Part shown: positions 1 to 9,879 of the stretch, one piece after another
Position numbering within the stretch: position 1 is the first letter of the stretch
How the letters are laid out: each line of letters opens with the position of its first letter
Origin: an uncultured Acutalibacter sp.
GTDB lineage: Bacteria > Bacillota > Clostridia > Oscillospirales > Acutalibacteraceae
Direction of reading: 5' to 3'
DNA length: 64,000 bases
Assembly (NCBI GenBank): GCA_964565505.1
Contig: CAZMFF010000003.1
Coordinates: 1,465-65,464, forward strand
Notes under the pieces: model-generated
Told to the model about the DNA's origin: nothing
The model's input: the letters and a program-made list of their open reading frames with translations, nothing else
Databases searched by the model: none
Program-made: the position numbers and the translations under genes

Positions 1-566
1 AGGGCGCGGCAAAGCGTCAGAGGATCCTCCCCTTTTCGCAGCTCCAATCGAAACACCGCCCCCATAGAAGAGCGCAGGGCCTTGGGGGAAAGGGGATCGC
101 AGCAGTCTCCCAAAAGAAAGACCTGCCCGACTCCCAGCGCCTCGGCGGTGCGCAGGACCCCTCCCAGATTTCCGGGATCCTGCACGTTTTCCAGCACCAC
201 ACAGGAGCTTTTTTGAAAGGGCTTCTCCCTTTGGGAGCCCCCCGGCATCCGGGGGCTTTCGCACAGGCAGAAAATGCCCTGATAAGTCTTTGTCGAGGAA
301 AGAAGCTGTGCCACCGGCTCTTCCACAAGATACCCTTCTTCGCAGACCCGGGCGATCTCTTCCAGATACCGGCTGTATTTTTCTTTTGCCCGCTGGGTAA
401 AAAAACAGGCCTTGATTTTCACACCGGACACGGCCGCGTCTTCACACAGCCTGGCGCCTTCGCAGAGAAAAAGGCCCTCTTTTCTGCGCTGCCCGGGAGA
501 GTCTCTGAGGGCGGCCGCATTCCGGACCCTGGGATCTCTCCGGCTGGTGATGTGAAGGATCTCCAC
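1..566 (-). CDS. TrmH/SpoU-family RNA 2'-O-methyltransferase (3' end runs off the left edge of the window)
   Basis: Own translation of the minus strand from GTG at 566, with GGAGGG 7 nt upstream. It reads VEILHITSRRDPRVRNAAALRD...SSCVVLENVQDPGNLGGVLRTAEALGVGQVFLLGDCCDPLSPKALRSSMGAVF. ENVQDPGNLGxxxRTA is the SpoU motif-1 block. It is missing from the ORF track because there is no stop inside the window. Confidence 0.8.
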   Translation of the reverse strand, partial: MEILHITSRRDPRVRNAAALRDSPGQRRKEGLFLCEGARLCEDAAVSGVKIKACFFTQRAKEKYSRYLEEIARVCEEGYLVEEPVAQLLSSTKTYQGIFCLCESPRMPGGSQREKPFQKSSCVVLENVQDPGNLGGVLRTAEALGVGQVFLLGDCCDPLSPKALRSSMGAVFRLELRKGEDPLTLCRA

Positions 567-633
567 AGTTTTCCCTCCTTCCGAAAGAAAGCGGAACGCC
601 CGAGGCAAAAACTGCCTCAGGCGTGCTCTCAGC

Positions 634-990
634 TTATGATAACGAGGCCTTTGCCTTTTCTACCAGGGCGGTAAAGGCCGCCTCGTCGGCAATGGCAATT
701 TCGGAAAGCATCTTGCGGTTCAGGGTAACGCCGGCTTTCTTCAATCCGTTCATAAAGGTGGAATAGTTGATATCGTTCATGCGGCAGGCTGCGGAAATTC
801 TCGTGATCCACAGACGGCGGAAGTCTCTTTTGCGCTGCTTGCGGCCGATGTAGGCATAATTGCCGGACTTCATCACAGCCTGTTTGGCCATTTTAAAGTG
901 ACGGCTCTTGGAGCCCCAGTACCCCTTTGCAAGCTTTAAAATCTTTTTTCTTCTCTTGCGCGTCATCATTGCGCCTTTTACTCTTGCCAT
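634..990 (-). CDS. rplT: 50S ribosomal protein L20
   Basis: 118 aa, [29 protein letters not shown]...; canonical L20 N-terminus. It lies last in the infC-rpmI-rplT gene order. Confidence 0.97.
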   Translation of the reverse strand: MARVKGAMMTRKRRKKILKLAKGYWGSKSRHFKMAKQAVMKSGNYAYIGRKQRKRDFRRLWITRISAACRMNDINYSTFMNGLKKAGVTLNRKMLSEIAIADEAAFTALVEKAKASLS

Positions 991-1044
991 TTATTGTCAA
1001 TCCTTTCTCTCAATCGAATGGTGTAAAACCTTCGCGGCTCTTCC

Positions 1045-1248
1045 TTATTGATAGGGAAGCATCCGCTTGACGGCTGCGGCATTGGTCTTATCCGTCACGG
1101 TAGTGCCGCGGGCATGGCGCTTTGTTTTCGGAGTTTTGCCGTGGCCATTGGCAAGATGGCTCATATAGGCGTGGGCACGGATCACTTTCCCGTTTTTGGA
1201 AATCTTGAAGCGCTTCTTTGCGCCGCTGTGTGTTTTAAGTTTCGGCAT
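1045..1248 (-). CDS. rpmI: 50S ribosomal protein L35
   Basis: 67 aa, MPKLKTHSGAKKRFKISKNGKV...; canonical L35. GGAGGA SD upstream. Confidence 0.97.
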   Translation of the reverse strand: MPKLKTHSGAKKRFKISKNGKVIRAHAYMSHLANGHGKTPKTKRHARGTTVTDKTNAAAVKRMLPYQ

Positions 1249-1273
1249 TTTGCAGTCCTCCTTGATATTTTCG

Positions 1274-1792
1274 TTACTTCACAGGCTTGGGGGCAAGGAA
1301 CATCAGCATGGAGCGCCCCTCCAGCTTTGCGGGCTTTTCCACATTCGCCACCTCTGCCATCGCTTCGGCAAAGCGGCGCATGATCTCCAGCCCGTGCTCA
1401 GGGTGGCCCATCTCTCTTCCGCGAAACCGGATGGAAGCTTTCACCTTATTGCCCTCCTCAATGAAACGGACGGCATGATTCTTCTTCGTCTCAAAATCAT
1501 GGGTATCGATATTGAGCGAAAGGCGCACTTCCTTGATTTCAACGACCCGTTGGTTCTTCCTCGCTTCCTTCTCCCGCTTCGCCTGTTCAAAGCGGAATTT
1601 GCCGTAGTCGATGATCTTACAAACCGGCGGGGTCGCCTGCGGCGCGATCTTTACCAGATCCAGATTTTTCTGCTCAGCGAGATCCATGGCCTCCTTCAGG
1701 GGCATAATCCCCAGCTGCGAGCCGTCGGAATCGATCACGCGAAGCTCCTTATCCCGGATTTGTTCATTGATCTGCAGTTCCTTGTTGCTAAT
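1274..1792 (-). CDS. infC: translation initiation factor IF-3, probable ATT (AUU) start
   Basis: ISNKELQINEQIRDKELRVIDSDGSQLGIM... is the IF-3 N-domain. The track's ATG ATG at 1810 overlaps the SD itself (GGAGGTG). ATT at 1792 sits 6 nt after that SD, which matches the known autoregulatory AUU start of infC. Confidence 0.9.
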   Translation of the reverse strand: MSNKELQINEQIRDKELRVIDSDGSQLGIMPLKEAMDLAEQKNLDLVKIAPQATPPVCKIIDYGKFRFEQAKREKEARKNQRVVEIKEVRLSLNIDTHDFETKKNHAVRFIEEGNKVKASIRFRGREMGHPEHGLEIMRRFAEAMAEVANVEKPAKLEGRSMLMFLAPKPVK

Positions 1793-1810
1793 GGTCAGCA
1801 CCTCCATCAC

Positions 1811-1989
1811 ATCGGTTCACACATAGGATCCTGAAAGCAGACCGGCGAAACAAAAAGCGGGCAGAAAACCTGCCCGCGGATCAACCAGCGCAAAACCCAG
1901 GCAGAAAACTGCCGAAGCCTTGCCGTTATTGACCGGTGACAGACGAAACTGCACGGGTGAGAGCCGCCGGGCTCTGCTTTGTTTTGACA
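1811..1989 (-). promoter_or_regulatory. L20-leader-type attenuator upstream of infC-rpmI-rplT
   Basis: About 180 nt of leader between a consensus promoter and infC, containing an intrinsic terminator. The position and architecture match the Firmicutes L20 leader. The call is by context only; no covariance model was run. Confidence 0.55.
1852..1877 (-). terminator. leader terminator (attenuator) in front of infC
   Basis: On the minus strand GCGGGCAG-guuuu-CUGCCCGC is followed by UUUUUG. It lies 60 nt upstream of the infC start. Confidence 0.65.
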
Positions 1990-1995
1990 AAGGAC

Positions 1996-2024
1996 ATTAT
2001 AGTACACCGGAAGTCTGCTGTCAA
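1996..2024 (-). promoter_or_regulatory. sigma-A type promoter for the infC operon
   Basis: The minus strand reads TTGACA (2024-2019), a 17-nt spacer, then TATAAT (2001-1996). Both hexamers are perfect consensus. Confidence 0.65.
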
Positions 2025-2042
2025 GAGACGCTTCGGCATTTT

Positions 2043-5000
2043 TTAAAATTCTTCCCGAAGCTTCTCCCCCTCATAGCTTCTGCCGCTCTCCTCGCTCAAA
2101 TAGGTGGAGTAGAAGAACAGCTCTCCCACCTTTTGTCCGGTGACCTGCTCCATGGCGTAAGCGTAGAGGCGGATCTGTATCCCGTAGCGCTCCCACAGCT
2201 CTTCCGCGCTCTTGATCCGGTCTGTTTTAAAATCGATGATATGAAGCCCTGTCTCGTCCAAAAAGGTGCAGTCCACCGCCCCCTGCAAAATGACAGGGGC
2301 TTCGCTCTCCCTGGGTCCTCCCGCCATATAGGCCGGGATCACGGCGGTAAAACGGCGCTCCTTCTGAAGCTCTTTCGCGCACAGCGTCCGCTTCCCGAGA
2401 GGGCTTTCAAAGAACCTCTTCACCCTTTTCAAGTCCACCGCGCCGCCCTGCTCCGGGGTGAGAAACCTTTCCTTTGTCAAACGCGCAAGCTCCTTTTCCG
2501 GATCCTTTGCCGCCAAAGAGAAATCCGCATACTGCATAAAGTCGTGCAGGGCAATGCCCCGCTCTGTGGGAGTCATTCCCTGTTCCCCCAGCCAGGCGGG
2601 CCGGGACAGGCGGACCTCCTCCTTTCCTGCCGTCAGCCTGGACGCCGACACCTTGGCGGGCACGATCAGCTCCTCTTCTCCCGGATAGCGGAATTCCACC
2701 TTTTTCCGAAGCCGTTCAAGCAGCTCCTGATCCGCTTGCGCGGGGATCTCCTTCCCCACTTCTTCCCGCTCTTCCCGGCAAGCGGCGCGGACCGTTTCGA
2801 AGGAAACCTTCCAGGAGGCGCCGTCCTCTGTGCACAAAGGCAGTTCCCGCGCTCTGACCCTTTCCCGAAGCTCTTTCCCGTCCGGATGGGAAAGGGCGCA
2901 GAGCATCAGCCATTGTCCGGCGTTTTTTACGCTTCTGACCGCGTGAGGAGCCGGCCGGTCCTGTGTGATCTCACAGGAAAGCCTCAAAAGCGTCTTCTCA
3001 AGCCCCGTCCCTGAGGTGACCAGGATCAGCTTTTCCCGGGCTCTGGTCATGGCTACGTACAGCACCCTGAGCTCTTCTGCCGCCTCGCTTTTTTCCGTGG
3101 ACAGGGCAATGGCCTCCCTGGCAGCCGTAGTAGATCTCACCGGAAGCTCCTTACTGCGAAGCTTTATGCCCAGCCCCAGCTCCGGGTGCAGGAGCACATC
3201 GGAGCGCTCCTGCACGAAATTTCGCCCGCAGCCTGCCAGGATGCACACCGGGAACTCCAGCCCCTTTGATTTGTGGATGCTCATGACCTGCACCGTTTTC
3301 TCCTCTCCGACAGCCGGCTGCGCCGCCTCCAGATCGGAACGGTTCTCCCTGAGCCTGTCCAGAAACCGCACGAAGCCGGAGATCCCGTGAAACCCCGAGG
3401 CTTCAAAATCTCTCGCGTACTGCCGGAGCAAATGAAGGTTTGCAAGGCGTTCCTCTCCTGCGTCCATGGAAAGCACGATGTCAGGATACCCTGTCTGTTG
3501 ATAAAACAGCCCCAAAAAGGCGTCGCAGGACAAGGTCGAGCAGACGGCCCGGTATTTTCTCAGATCCTCCAGCACCTTCAAGCAGCGGGCATTCTCCTTC
3601 GCCGCCTCGCAGAGAGTGAGATACAGCGACCTTTCCCGGTCAGACAGCCTCAGCTCGGCGGTCTCCTGTGCCGTAAAGCCGTAGATAGGGCTCATCAGCA
3701 CCGATAAAAGGGGGATGTCCTGGTTGGGGTTGTCGATCACCCGCAAAAAGGAAAGCATCACGGCGATCTCAGCCGCCGCGAAAAATCCCCCGGAAGCGGA
3801 AGCCTTAGCCGGGATCCCCAGCTTTTGCAGAGCCCGGGCGTAGCTGTGGGCGTATTGATTGGCGCTGCGAAGCAGGATACAAAAATCCCCGTAATGCGCG
3901 GGGCGCTCTTCTCCCCCATCGGTCACAGTAAAGCCGTTTTGCAGCATTTCCCGGATCTTTCCGGCAAGATAGGCGCTTTCCGCCTCCTCCGCCGGAATTT
4001 CCCGCTCCCGCTCCAAAAACACAAGCTCCGTCTCACAGCCGTCCTTTTCTCCGTACTCCGCCCCGCACACAAGCTTTTCCTCGCCGGTGTATTCAATATC
4101 CCCCGCCTCTTTGGACATCAGGCGGGAAAACACAAAATTCACCGTGCCGGTCACAGTGCTTCGAGAGCGGAAATTCCGGTCCAGCACCAGGTAGGCGGGA
4201 TACCGGTCGAAGGTCCGGTCGTATTTTTGAAAGCTTCCCCGGCGGCCAAGGAAAATTTCCGGCATGGCCCGGCGGAAGCCATAGATGCTCTGCTTCACGT
4301 CGCCCACCATGAAAAGATTGTTTTCCTGCCGGGAAATCGCCCGAAACAGGGAATCCTGCACCTCGTTCACATCCTGATACTCGTCGATCATGATCTCCTC
4401 AAAGCGCAGAGACACCTCTTGGGCAATAGGCGTGGGCTTACCCTCTTCTGTCAAAAACAGCCGGATCGCAAGATGCTCCAGATCGCTGTAATCCAGAAAG
4501 CCCAGCTCCCGCTTTTTTGCTTCGTACCGTTGGGAAAAGGCCAGGGTAAGCTGCGAGAGCCCGGATATGAGAGGGGCGGTTTCCTGAAGCTCCCGTGTGC
4601 TCTGGGCGCTGTCGGAGGCGATCAGCTCGCAAAGATCCTGCAAAGACCCCTTGATCTCCTCCCGGAAAAGCTCCAAACGCTCCTTCTCCACATCCTCTTC
4701 ATAGCCCTTCAAGGCGCCTCTGCGCTGGAAGGAAAGGCGGGAAAGCAGTTTATATAGGCCGTCCCAGTCTCCCCCGCAGGCCAGGTCGTACACCTTCTCA
4801 CACAGATCTTTGTCCGCAAGAAACACCGGAAGAAAGGCCTTTTTGAACTCCTCGTTTTCCTCCAGCAGCTCTCTGAGGGCCCGCTCGCCCACCTGAAGGC
4901 AATATTCTGCCGTCTGGCGCACATGGTTCAAAATCACTTCGCCCCAGGGCGTTTTCTCAAAGGGGACAGACGCTTCATAGAGCTTTACCTTTTCCTCCAG

Positions 5001-5567
5001 CCAGCGCCGGGGGAAGGGGTGCGACTGCATGAATCCATAAAGCCGCAGTACGATCTCCATGAGCTTCCGGTCGCTGCGTTCTCCCGAAAAGGCGTCTGCA
5101 AGGGCCAGGAAAGATTCCTCCTCGAAGGAGCTTTCCATCACCTGGTTCAGCGCTTCCCAGGTGATATCCTCCTTCTGCTTGTCCGAGAGGATCTTAAAAT
5201 CCGCCGCGACATCCAGCTCGTGGAAAAACTCCCGCACCAGCTCGGCGCAGAAGCTGTCCACCGTGCCGATATGCGCCTGGGACAGCAGGACGCTCTGCCT
5301 TCTCAAAAGAGCGCTGCCCGGATCCTCCCTCAGCATTTCGCGAAGCCTTCGTTCCAGGCGCGCTCGCATCTCTGCCGCCGCCGCCTTGGTAAAGGTGACG
5401 ATCAAGAGCCTGTCGGCCGGCGTGGGATTCTCAGGGTCCGTCATTCGTTTCAAAGCGCGCTCTACCAAAACGGCAGTTTTCCCGGAGCCTGCCGCGGCGG
5501 CTACCAGTACGGTCCCGCGGCGGGCGTCAATGGCGTCCTGCTGATTTTCTGTCCAGATCCGTGCCAT
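2043..5567 (-). CDS. addA: ATP-dependent helicase/nuclease AddA (UvrD/Rep-like helicase with C-terminal RecB-type nuclease)
   Basis: 1174 aa. Walker A AAAGSGKT, IDEYQDV motif, and C-terminal GAVDCTFLDETGLHIIDFKTD nuclease motif. The start overlaps the addB stop (TGATG). Confidence 0.93.
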   Translation of the reverse strand: MARIWTENQQDAIDARRGTVLVAAAAGSGKTAVLVERALKRMTDPENPTPADRLLIVTFTKAAAAEMRARLERRLREMLREDPGSALLRRQSVLLSQAHIGTVDSFCAELVREFFHELDVAADFKILSDKQKEDITWEALNQVMESSFEEESFLALADAFSGERSDRKLMEIVLRLYGFMQSHPFPRRWLEEKVKLYEASVPFEKTPWGEVILNHVRQTAEYCLQVGERALRELLEENEEFKKAFLPVFLADKDLCEKVYDLACGGDWDGLYKLLSRLSFQRRGALKGYEEDVEKERLELFREEIKGSLQDLCELIASDSAQSTRELQETAPLISGLSQLTLAFSQRYEAKKRELGFLDYSDLEHLAIRLFLTEEGKPTPIAQEVSLRFEEIMIDEYQDVNEVQDSLFRAISRQENNLFMVGDVKQSIYGFRRAMPEIFLGRRGSFQKYDRTFDRYPAYLVLDRNFRSRSTVTGTVNFVFSRLMSKEAGDIEYTGEEKLVCGAEYGEKDGCETELVFLEREREIPAEEAESAYLAGKIREMLQNGFTVTDGGEERPAHYGDFCILLRSANQYAHSYARALQKLGIPAKASASGGFFAAAEIAVMLSFLRVIDNPNQDIPLLSVLMSPIYGFTAQETAELRLSDRERSLYLTLCEAAKENARCLKVLEDLRKYRAVCSTLSCDAFLGLFYQQTGYPDIVLSMDAGEERLANLHLLRQYARDFEASGFHGISGFVRFLDRLRENRSDLEAAQPAVGEEKTVQVMSIHKSKGLEFPVCILAGCGRNFVQERSDVLLHPELGLGIKLRSKELPVRSTTAAREAIALSTEKSEAAEELRVLYVAMTRAREKLILVTSGTGLEKTLLRLSCEITQDRPAPHAVRSVKNAGQWLMLCALSHPDGKELRERVRARELPLCTEDGASWKVSFETVRAACREEREEVGKEIPAQADQELLERLRKKVEFRYPGEEELIVPAKVSASRLTAGKEEVRLSRPAWLGEQGMTPTERGIALHDFMQYADFSLAAKDPEKELARLTKERFLTPEQGGAVDLKRVKRFFESPLGKRTLCAKELQKERRFTAVIPAYMAGGPRESEAPVILQGAVDCTFLDETGLHIIDFKTDRIKSAEELWERYGIQIRLYAYAMEQVTGQKVGELFFYSTYLSEESGRSYEGEKLREEF

Positions 5568-8500
5568 CAGAGAACCTCCTCTCCCATTTCCCGTGCGCAG
5601 TCCTTCCCTGCGCCCATCCTTTCAAGCGCCTCGTCTTTGGAAAGCTTTTCCTTGACGATATCCCGGTCTGTATATTCCTTTGCGCAAACCGCCTGATAGG
5701 GGCAGAATTTGCAGGCCCGCTGATTCGTTAAATTGGGAAGCGCTTCCACATTGCCCCTGTAAAGCTCCCGCACCATGGTGGCGATCAGGCGCCTGGAATG
5801 ATCGAGCACCCGAAGAAGCTCCTCTTCGGTCAGCACGCTGCTGCCCTTCGTGAACTCCCCCTTTTTGTTCAGGGCGGCCGGAATAAACCTTCCCTGGGCC
5901 CCGGCCTCCATCGCGGCTATGATCTCGGTGTTTTTCAGCACCACGCCGCTCATGCGCAGGCTTTTCCCCGCCTCCTTCTCTGCGGCGCTTTTCTCCATCC
6001 CCTTGGGCACAGAGACAGAGGGCTCTGCCGCCGGCATATAGAGCACGCCCGCGGGGATCGCCCTGCCGCTCTCGACCAGAGCCGCCAGGTACACCAGCAT
6101 CTGCATATTGAGGCCGTGGAGCACATCGGAAAGATGGAAGTCCTTCTTGCCCGTCTTATAGTCTACGACCCGGACATAGCGGTCCTTCCCCTCCCGGAAC
6201 ACATCCACCCGGTCGATCGTCCCTCCTACCAATACGCTTTCGCCCTCTCCCGTCTCCACCTTTAAGGGAGGGAAGTCTGCCCGGCTTCCCAGGTGCAGCT
6301 CAAAATATTCCGGCTCAAATTTGCTTTGCTTCAGTTCCTCCTCTACATGACGGATCAAAAGCACCGCCGAGCGCTCCAATCTTTTGAGCCGGTACTGCTC
6401 TCTGGAACCCAGCCGGGAAAAGCCGCCCAGGTTCTCCCGGGCATAGCTTACGATCAGCTCTTCCACCGTGCTCTTGAGCTCCTCTTGCGTCCAGAGAGCT
6501 CTCTGATGGGCAGGAACAGAAAAGATCTTTTCAAACAGGAAATGCATTAAGGTGCCGTACTGCATCACATCCACCTCGGCAGGCCTTCTCTCTTTGGCGT
6601 TCAGGCCATACCGGCAGAAATACCGGAATTTGCAGCTGTGGTAGGTTTCGATCTGCGTGGCGGAAAGATAGGGGGCGCGCCCGAAAAGCTCTTTGGAAAG
6701 GGTCTGGTCTTCGATCCTGTCAGAGCCGCCGTTTCCGGCCCTCTGAAGCGCCCGGATCCGCCCTTCATAAAGGGGATCCTCCCGGAAAAGGGCCCGTAAG
6801 GCGGCGGCCTGAGGCGTATTTTCCCGGAAGCGGGCGGCCATTCTGGAAAACGCGGCCTCCCGGGAATTGGCAAAGTATTCGTCCGGCAAAGCCCGCTGGA
6901 TCCGGGAATCGGGGAAAACAGCCTGCACGCAGGAAAGAAGCTCTCCCGGTTCCTTTTCCTCTCCCTCGGCCCTGCGGGGGTAGGAAAGGTAAAGCCGTTC
7001 GCTGGGAGAGCAGGCCGCCGAATAGGCCAGATACCTCTCTTCCAGGGTCCTTTGCTCCAGCGGATCTCCCAGGGGGAGGTCCAGCGCGATCAGCTCCTTT
7101 CGCTCCGTATCGGAAAACACGCCGGAAGGCCGGGGGGCAAGGGGGAACTCTCCCTGGGCCGCTCCCAGCAAAAAGGTGACTTTGGGAGAGGACTGACGCA
7201 CCTGCTCCGGTGTGCCGAAAATCACCTGGTCCACCGTCTGCGGGATCTCCGATACGTCCTGTGCGCTGATGACCTCTCTGAGCAGGTCATAGTACCGCTC
7301 TCTGGAGATCTTTCGAGAGCCCAGGATACTGTACATCTGGTCGAGGAGCTCCATGAGAAGCTCCCACACCCGAAGCTGCTTGTCGGAAAGCCCCTGCTCT
7401 CCCGCCCGGGAAAGCTCCCCGCAGTAGGAAAGAAGATTTTCCTGCACGCCATAGTCTGAAAGCAGGTCGTAGGCCGCCTGGGAGATCTCTTCTCCTGAGG
7501 CGTCTCCCGTCTTTGCCCAAAAGAGCAGAAGAGGGGAGATCAGCCGGATCCTCAATTCATTGAGCTTTAGAAGCTCCTCTTTGTCCTCCTGAAGCCAATC
7601 CCGGCCGAACCCTTTGGGATGGCGGGTAAATTCTTCTCTCCAATCCCTGCCCTTGAGCCTCCAGAGAAAGGCGTAATTTTCCAGGTCGGAGATCTCCTGA
7701 GAAGTGAACCCGGAAACCCCTGTCTTGAGCATCTCCAAAAGATCCGCGGTGGAAAAGCCGGACTGCACCGCCTGAAAAGCGCCCAGCAAGAACCGGCACA
7801 CCGGCTCCGCGTCCACCCGGTTGGGCTGTGAAAGGAAGCAGGGGATCTGACGCTTCTCAAGCTCCGCGCCCAGAATGCCGCTGTAGCGCTCCGGCAGGCG
7901 GCAGACGATCGTGAAATCTCGGTAGCGGTACCCTTCCTCTGCCACCAGATTCCGGATAGTGGCGGCGCAGTATTCCACCTCTTCGGAAGGGTCCTTCGCG
8001 CAGAACATGCGGATATGTCGGGCCTCGCCCCCGGAAAGGCTCTCCCAGGCGCAAAAAAGCTGAGCCTCCAGCAGCTTCAGCTCTTCATTCTGAAACCGGG
8101 GCGCACCCGTGAGAAAAACAGGAGGCTCCACTTTGACTCCATATTCCCGGGCGGCGGAAAGCAGCCTTTCCTTCGTGCGGTTCACCAATGCAAAGAGCCC
8201 GGTTCCCTCATCGGGAAGGTCATCCGTGCAAAGGGAAACGGACACTTCCTTCGCCCGCTGCAGGATCTCCGCCAGCACCCGCATCTCCTGGGCGGTAAAG
8301 CCTTCAAAGGAGTCTACCGCCACCACGGTGTTTTCAAAGAAATCACTGGTTTTCAGCGCTTCGGCCAAACGGGTCAGATCGTCTCTCGAATCCAGATAAG
8401 AGGCCTCTACCAAAGCGTCAAAAGCGCCGTAGATCAAAGAGAGCTCGGAAAGCTTCCTGCCAAGGCCCCTCCCCTTTAAAAGCTGCGCCGTTTGCGCAAG

Positions 8501-8908
8501 CATCTCAGGAGAGATCCCGCAAAGCTTCATCTCGTCTACCGCCGTGAGCATCAGCTCTGTGATGCGCCCGTTTTTGGCCGCCGCCGTATAGGTTTCAAAC
8601 TGATCCTCGCAGGCTTCCACGGCGCAGGACATCAGCACTCTTCTCCCTCCGTCGGTCAGCCTTCTCCCGGCAAAGCCCCCCTCCTTGCGAAACACCGCTT
8701 CCGCCAGGCGGGTAAAGCTCAGCACCCGGATCTTTCCGGCGCCCACCGGCCCTGCCAGCTGCAAAAAAGCCTTTTCCGTCTCAAAGGAGTACTGCTCCGG
8801 AACCAGCATGATCGGGCTTTTGCTTTCCGTTTTGCTCTTTTTCACCAGAAGCTCCCGAAGAAAGCGGGTCTTCCCGCTGCCTGCCCTTCCCAATACCAGC
8901 TGCAGCAT
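5567..8908 (-). CDS. addB: helicase-nuclease AddB (Fe-S cluster nuclease subunit)
   Basis: MLQLVLGRAGSGKTRF... N-terminus, with C-terminal cysteines (CKFRYFC ... CKFCPYQAVC). The start was moved to ATG 8908, which has AAGGAGGGGG 4-5 nt upstream. The track start at 8941 has no SD. Confidence 0.9.
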   Translation of the reverse strand: MLQLVLGRAGSGKTRFLRELLVKKSKTESKSPIMLVPEQYSFETEKAFLQLAGPVGAGKIRVLSFTRLAEAVFRKEGGFAGRRLTDGGRRVLMSCAVEACEDQFETYTAAAKNGRITELMLTAVDEMKLCGISPEMLAQTAQLLKGRGLGRKLSELSLIYGAFDALVEASYLDSRDDLTRLAEALKTSDFFENTVVAVDSFEGFTAQEMRVLAEILQRAKEVSVSLCTDDLPDEGTGLFALVNRTKERLLSAAREYGVKVEPPVFLTGAPRFQNEELKLLEAQLFCAWESLSGGEARHIRMFCAKDPSEEVEYCAATIRNLVAEEGYRYRDFTIVCRLPERYSGILGAELEKRQIPCFLSQPNRVDAEPVCRFLLGAFQAVQSGFSTADLLEMLKTGVSGFTSQEISDLENYAFLWRLKGRDWREEFTRHPKGFGRDWLQEDKEELLKLNELRIRLISPLLLFWAKTGDASGEEISQAAYDLLSDYGVQENLLSYCGELSRAGEQGLSDKQLRVWELLMELLDQMYSILGSRKISRERYYDLLREVISAQDVSEIPQTVDQVIFGTPEQVRQSSPKVTFLLGAAQGEFPLAPRPSGVFSDTERKELIALDLPLGDPLEQRTLEERYLAYSAACSPSERLYLSYPRRAEGEEKEPGELLSCVQAVFPDSRIQRALPDEYFANSREAAFSRMAARFRENTPQAAALRALFREDPLYEGRIRALQRAGNGGSDRIEDQTLSKELFGRAPYLSATQIETYHSCKFRYFCRYGLNAKERRPAEVDVMQYGTLMHFLFEKIFSVPAHQRALWTQEELKSTVEELIVSYARENLGGFSRLGSREQYRLKRLERSAVLLIRHVEEELKQSKFEPEYFELHLGSRADFPPLKVETGEGESVLVGGTIDRVDVFREGKDRYVRVVDYKTGKKDFHLSDVLHGLNMQMLVYLAALVESGRAIPAGVLYMPAAEPSVSVPKGMEKSAAEKEAGKSLRMSGVVLKNTEIIAAMEAGAQGRFIPAALNKKGEFTKGSSVLTEEELLRVLDHSRRLIATMVRELYRGNVEALPNLTNQRACKFCPYQAVCAKEYTDRDIVKEKLSKDEALERMGAGKDCAREMGEEVL

Positions 8909-8978
8909 ACGCTCCCCCTCCTTTATCTGCCTGCCGAACAAAGCGGCTTCTTTTTTTATAAAACCATTTTAACACAAA

Positions 8979-9022
8979 TCACCCTGAGAGGAAACCTAAA
9001 ACGACAGTTTCTCTCAGGGTGA
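8979..9022 (-). terminator. hairpin downstream of spoIIR
   Basis: TCACCCTGAGAG ... CTCTCAGGGTGA, a 12-bp stem. On the minus strand it is followed by a moderately U-rich tail. Confidence 0.45.
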
Positions 9023-9040
9023 CTCTTTTCCTTTTTTCCT

Positions 9041-9670
9041 TCACCGGTCAAAAAAGCCTTTCATGGCCTCATACCATTCCAGAAGCTTGAATTTCACCTC
9101 ATATCCCCCGCTGCTCTGGAACTCTTTTCTCTGAGCCTGCGGGATCCCGGAAAGCACGGTTTCCTCCTCCTGCCGGGCCCCCGCCCCCGGCAGGCACAAG
9201 GCGGGGAATACGATGCACCACCAGTTTCTGCCCTTGCCTTCTCCCAGCCTGACCTCCAGCGTCCGGTATTTTCCCGCGGGCAGCCGTAAATTTTCATAGC
9301 TTCTGGTGGAAAAATACCGGTCGCCCACGCAGACGGACACTTCTTCCCGGACCCCCTCCTCTCTGAGCAGATCCTCCGCCGCTTTTTCAATGGACTGCAG
9401 GTGGGTGCAGACTGCGCAATTGGCCTCCTCAAGGCTTGCCGCCCCCTCGTACCACTTCGCCGCCTCCTTGAGCACTGCGTCCCGGACCTTGAGCTTCATC
9501 TGCTGATCCTTGGGAGAGTTGGAATTTGCCAGTACATGCAGCCGCATCACCTGAGTGGAAAGCAGCCCGCTGGAGGCTGCAAAGGGGAACATGGTAAAGA
9601 GCGCTGTAATTAGAAACGCGCTGAGCAGCGCCTTTCCTGAGTTCTTTCGAAATACGCTTCTGGAATTCAT
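9041..9670 (-). CDS. spoIIR: stage II sporulation protein R
   Basis: MRLHVLANSNSPKDQQMKLKVRDAVL is the SpoIIR signature, preceded by an N-terminal TM/signal segment. The start was placed at MNSRSVFRK (9670); the upstream extension in the track looks non-coding. Confidence 0.85.
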   Translation of the reverse strand: MNSRSVFRKNSGKALLSAFLITALFTMFPFAASSGLLSTQVMRLHVLANSNSPKDQQMKLKVRDAVLKEAAKWYEGAASLEEANCAVCTHLQSIEKAAEDLLREEGVREEVSVCVGDRYFSTRSYENLRLPAGKYRTLEVRLGEGKGRNWWCIVFPALCLPGAGARQEEETVLSGIPQAQRKEFQSSGGYEVKFKLLEWYEAMKGFFDR

Positions 9671-9879
9671 GAGTATCCCGTTCCTTTCCGGCGGTAAAAA
9701 TTTCCAACGCCTCCAGTATGCGCTTTCTTTTTCTCCCTTATACAGATTGACAAAAATGATATACTGAATACCGAAACCGCCGCATATTTTTCCCTTTTTC
9801 AAAGAGGATTGATAAAAAGTTGAGATCTGAATATTATCCTGATCTATAATTTTGAGAATTCTCTGAAAGGAGCCTATAC

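Noticed and set aside
1920-3014. Long ORFs antisense to recognised genes. Examples are 1920-3014(+), 3825-4757(+), 17700-18602(-), 23081-24103(-), 37501-38493(-), 41788-42861(+), 44601-45410(+), 53684-54550(-) and 61842-62639(+).
   Set aside because: Each lies fully inside, and opposite to, a gene with unmistakable conserved motifs (addA, mtaB, AsrC-like, esterase, pheS, sulfatase, hydG, recG). Their translations are Arg/Pro/Gly/His-rich and low in complexity, with no SD. These are typical shadow ORFs of high-GC coding DNA.
9671-9800. Sigma-F promoter upstream of spoIIR.
   Set aside because: A GCATA element and a GGAAATTTTT element are present on the minus strand, but they are only about 11 nt apart instead of about 15. 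The match is too weak to call.
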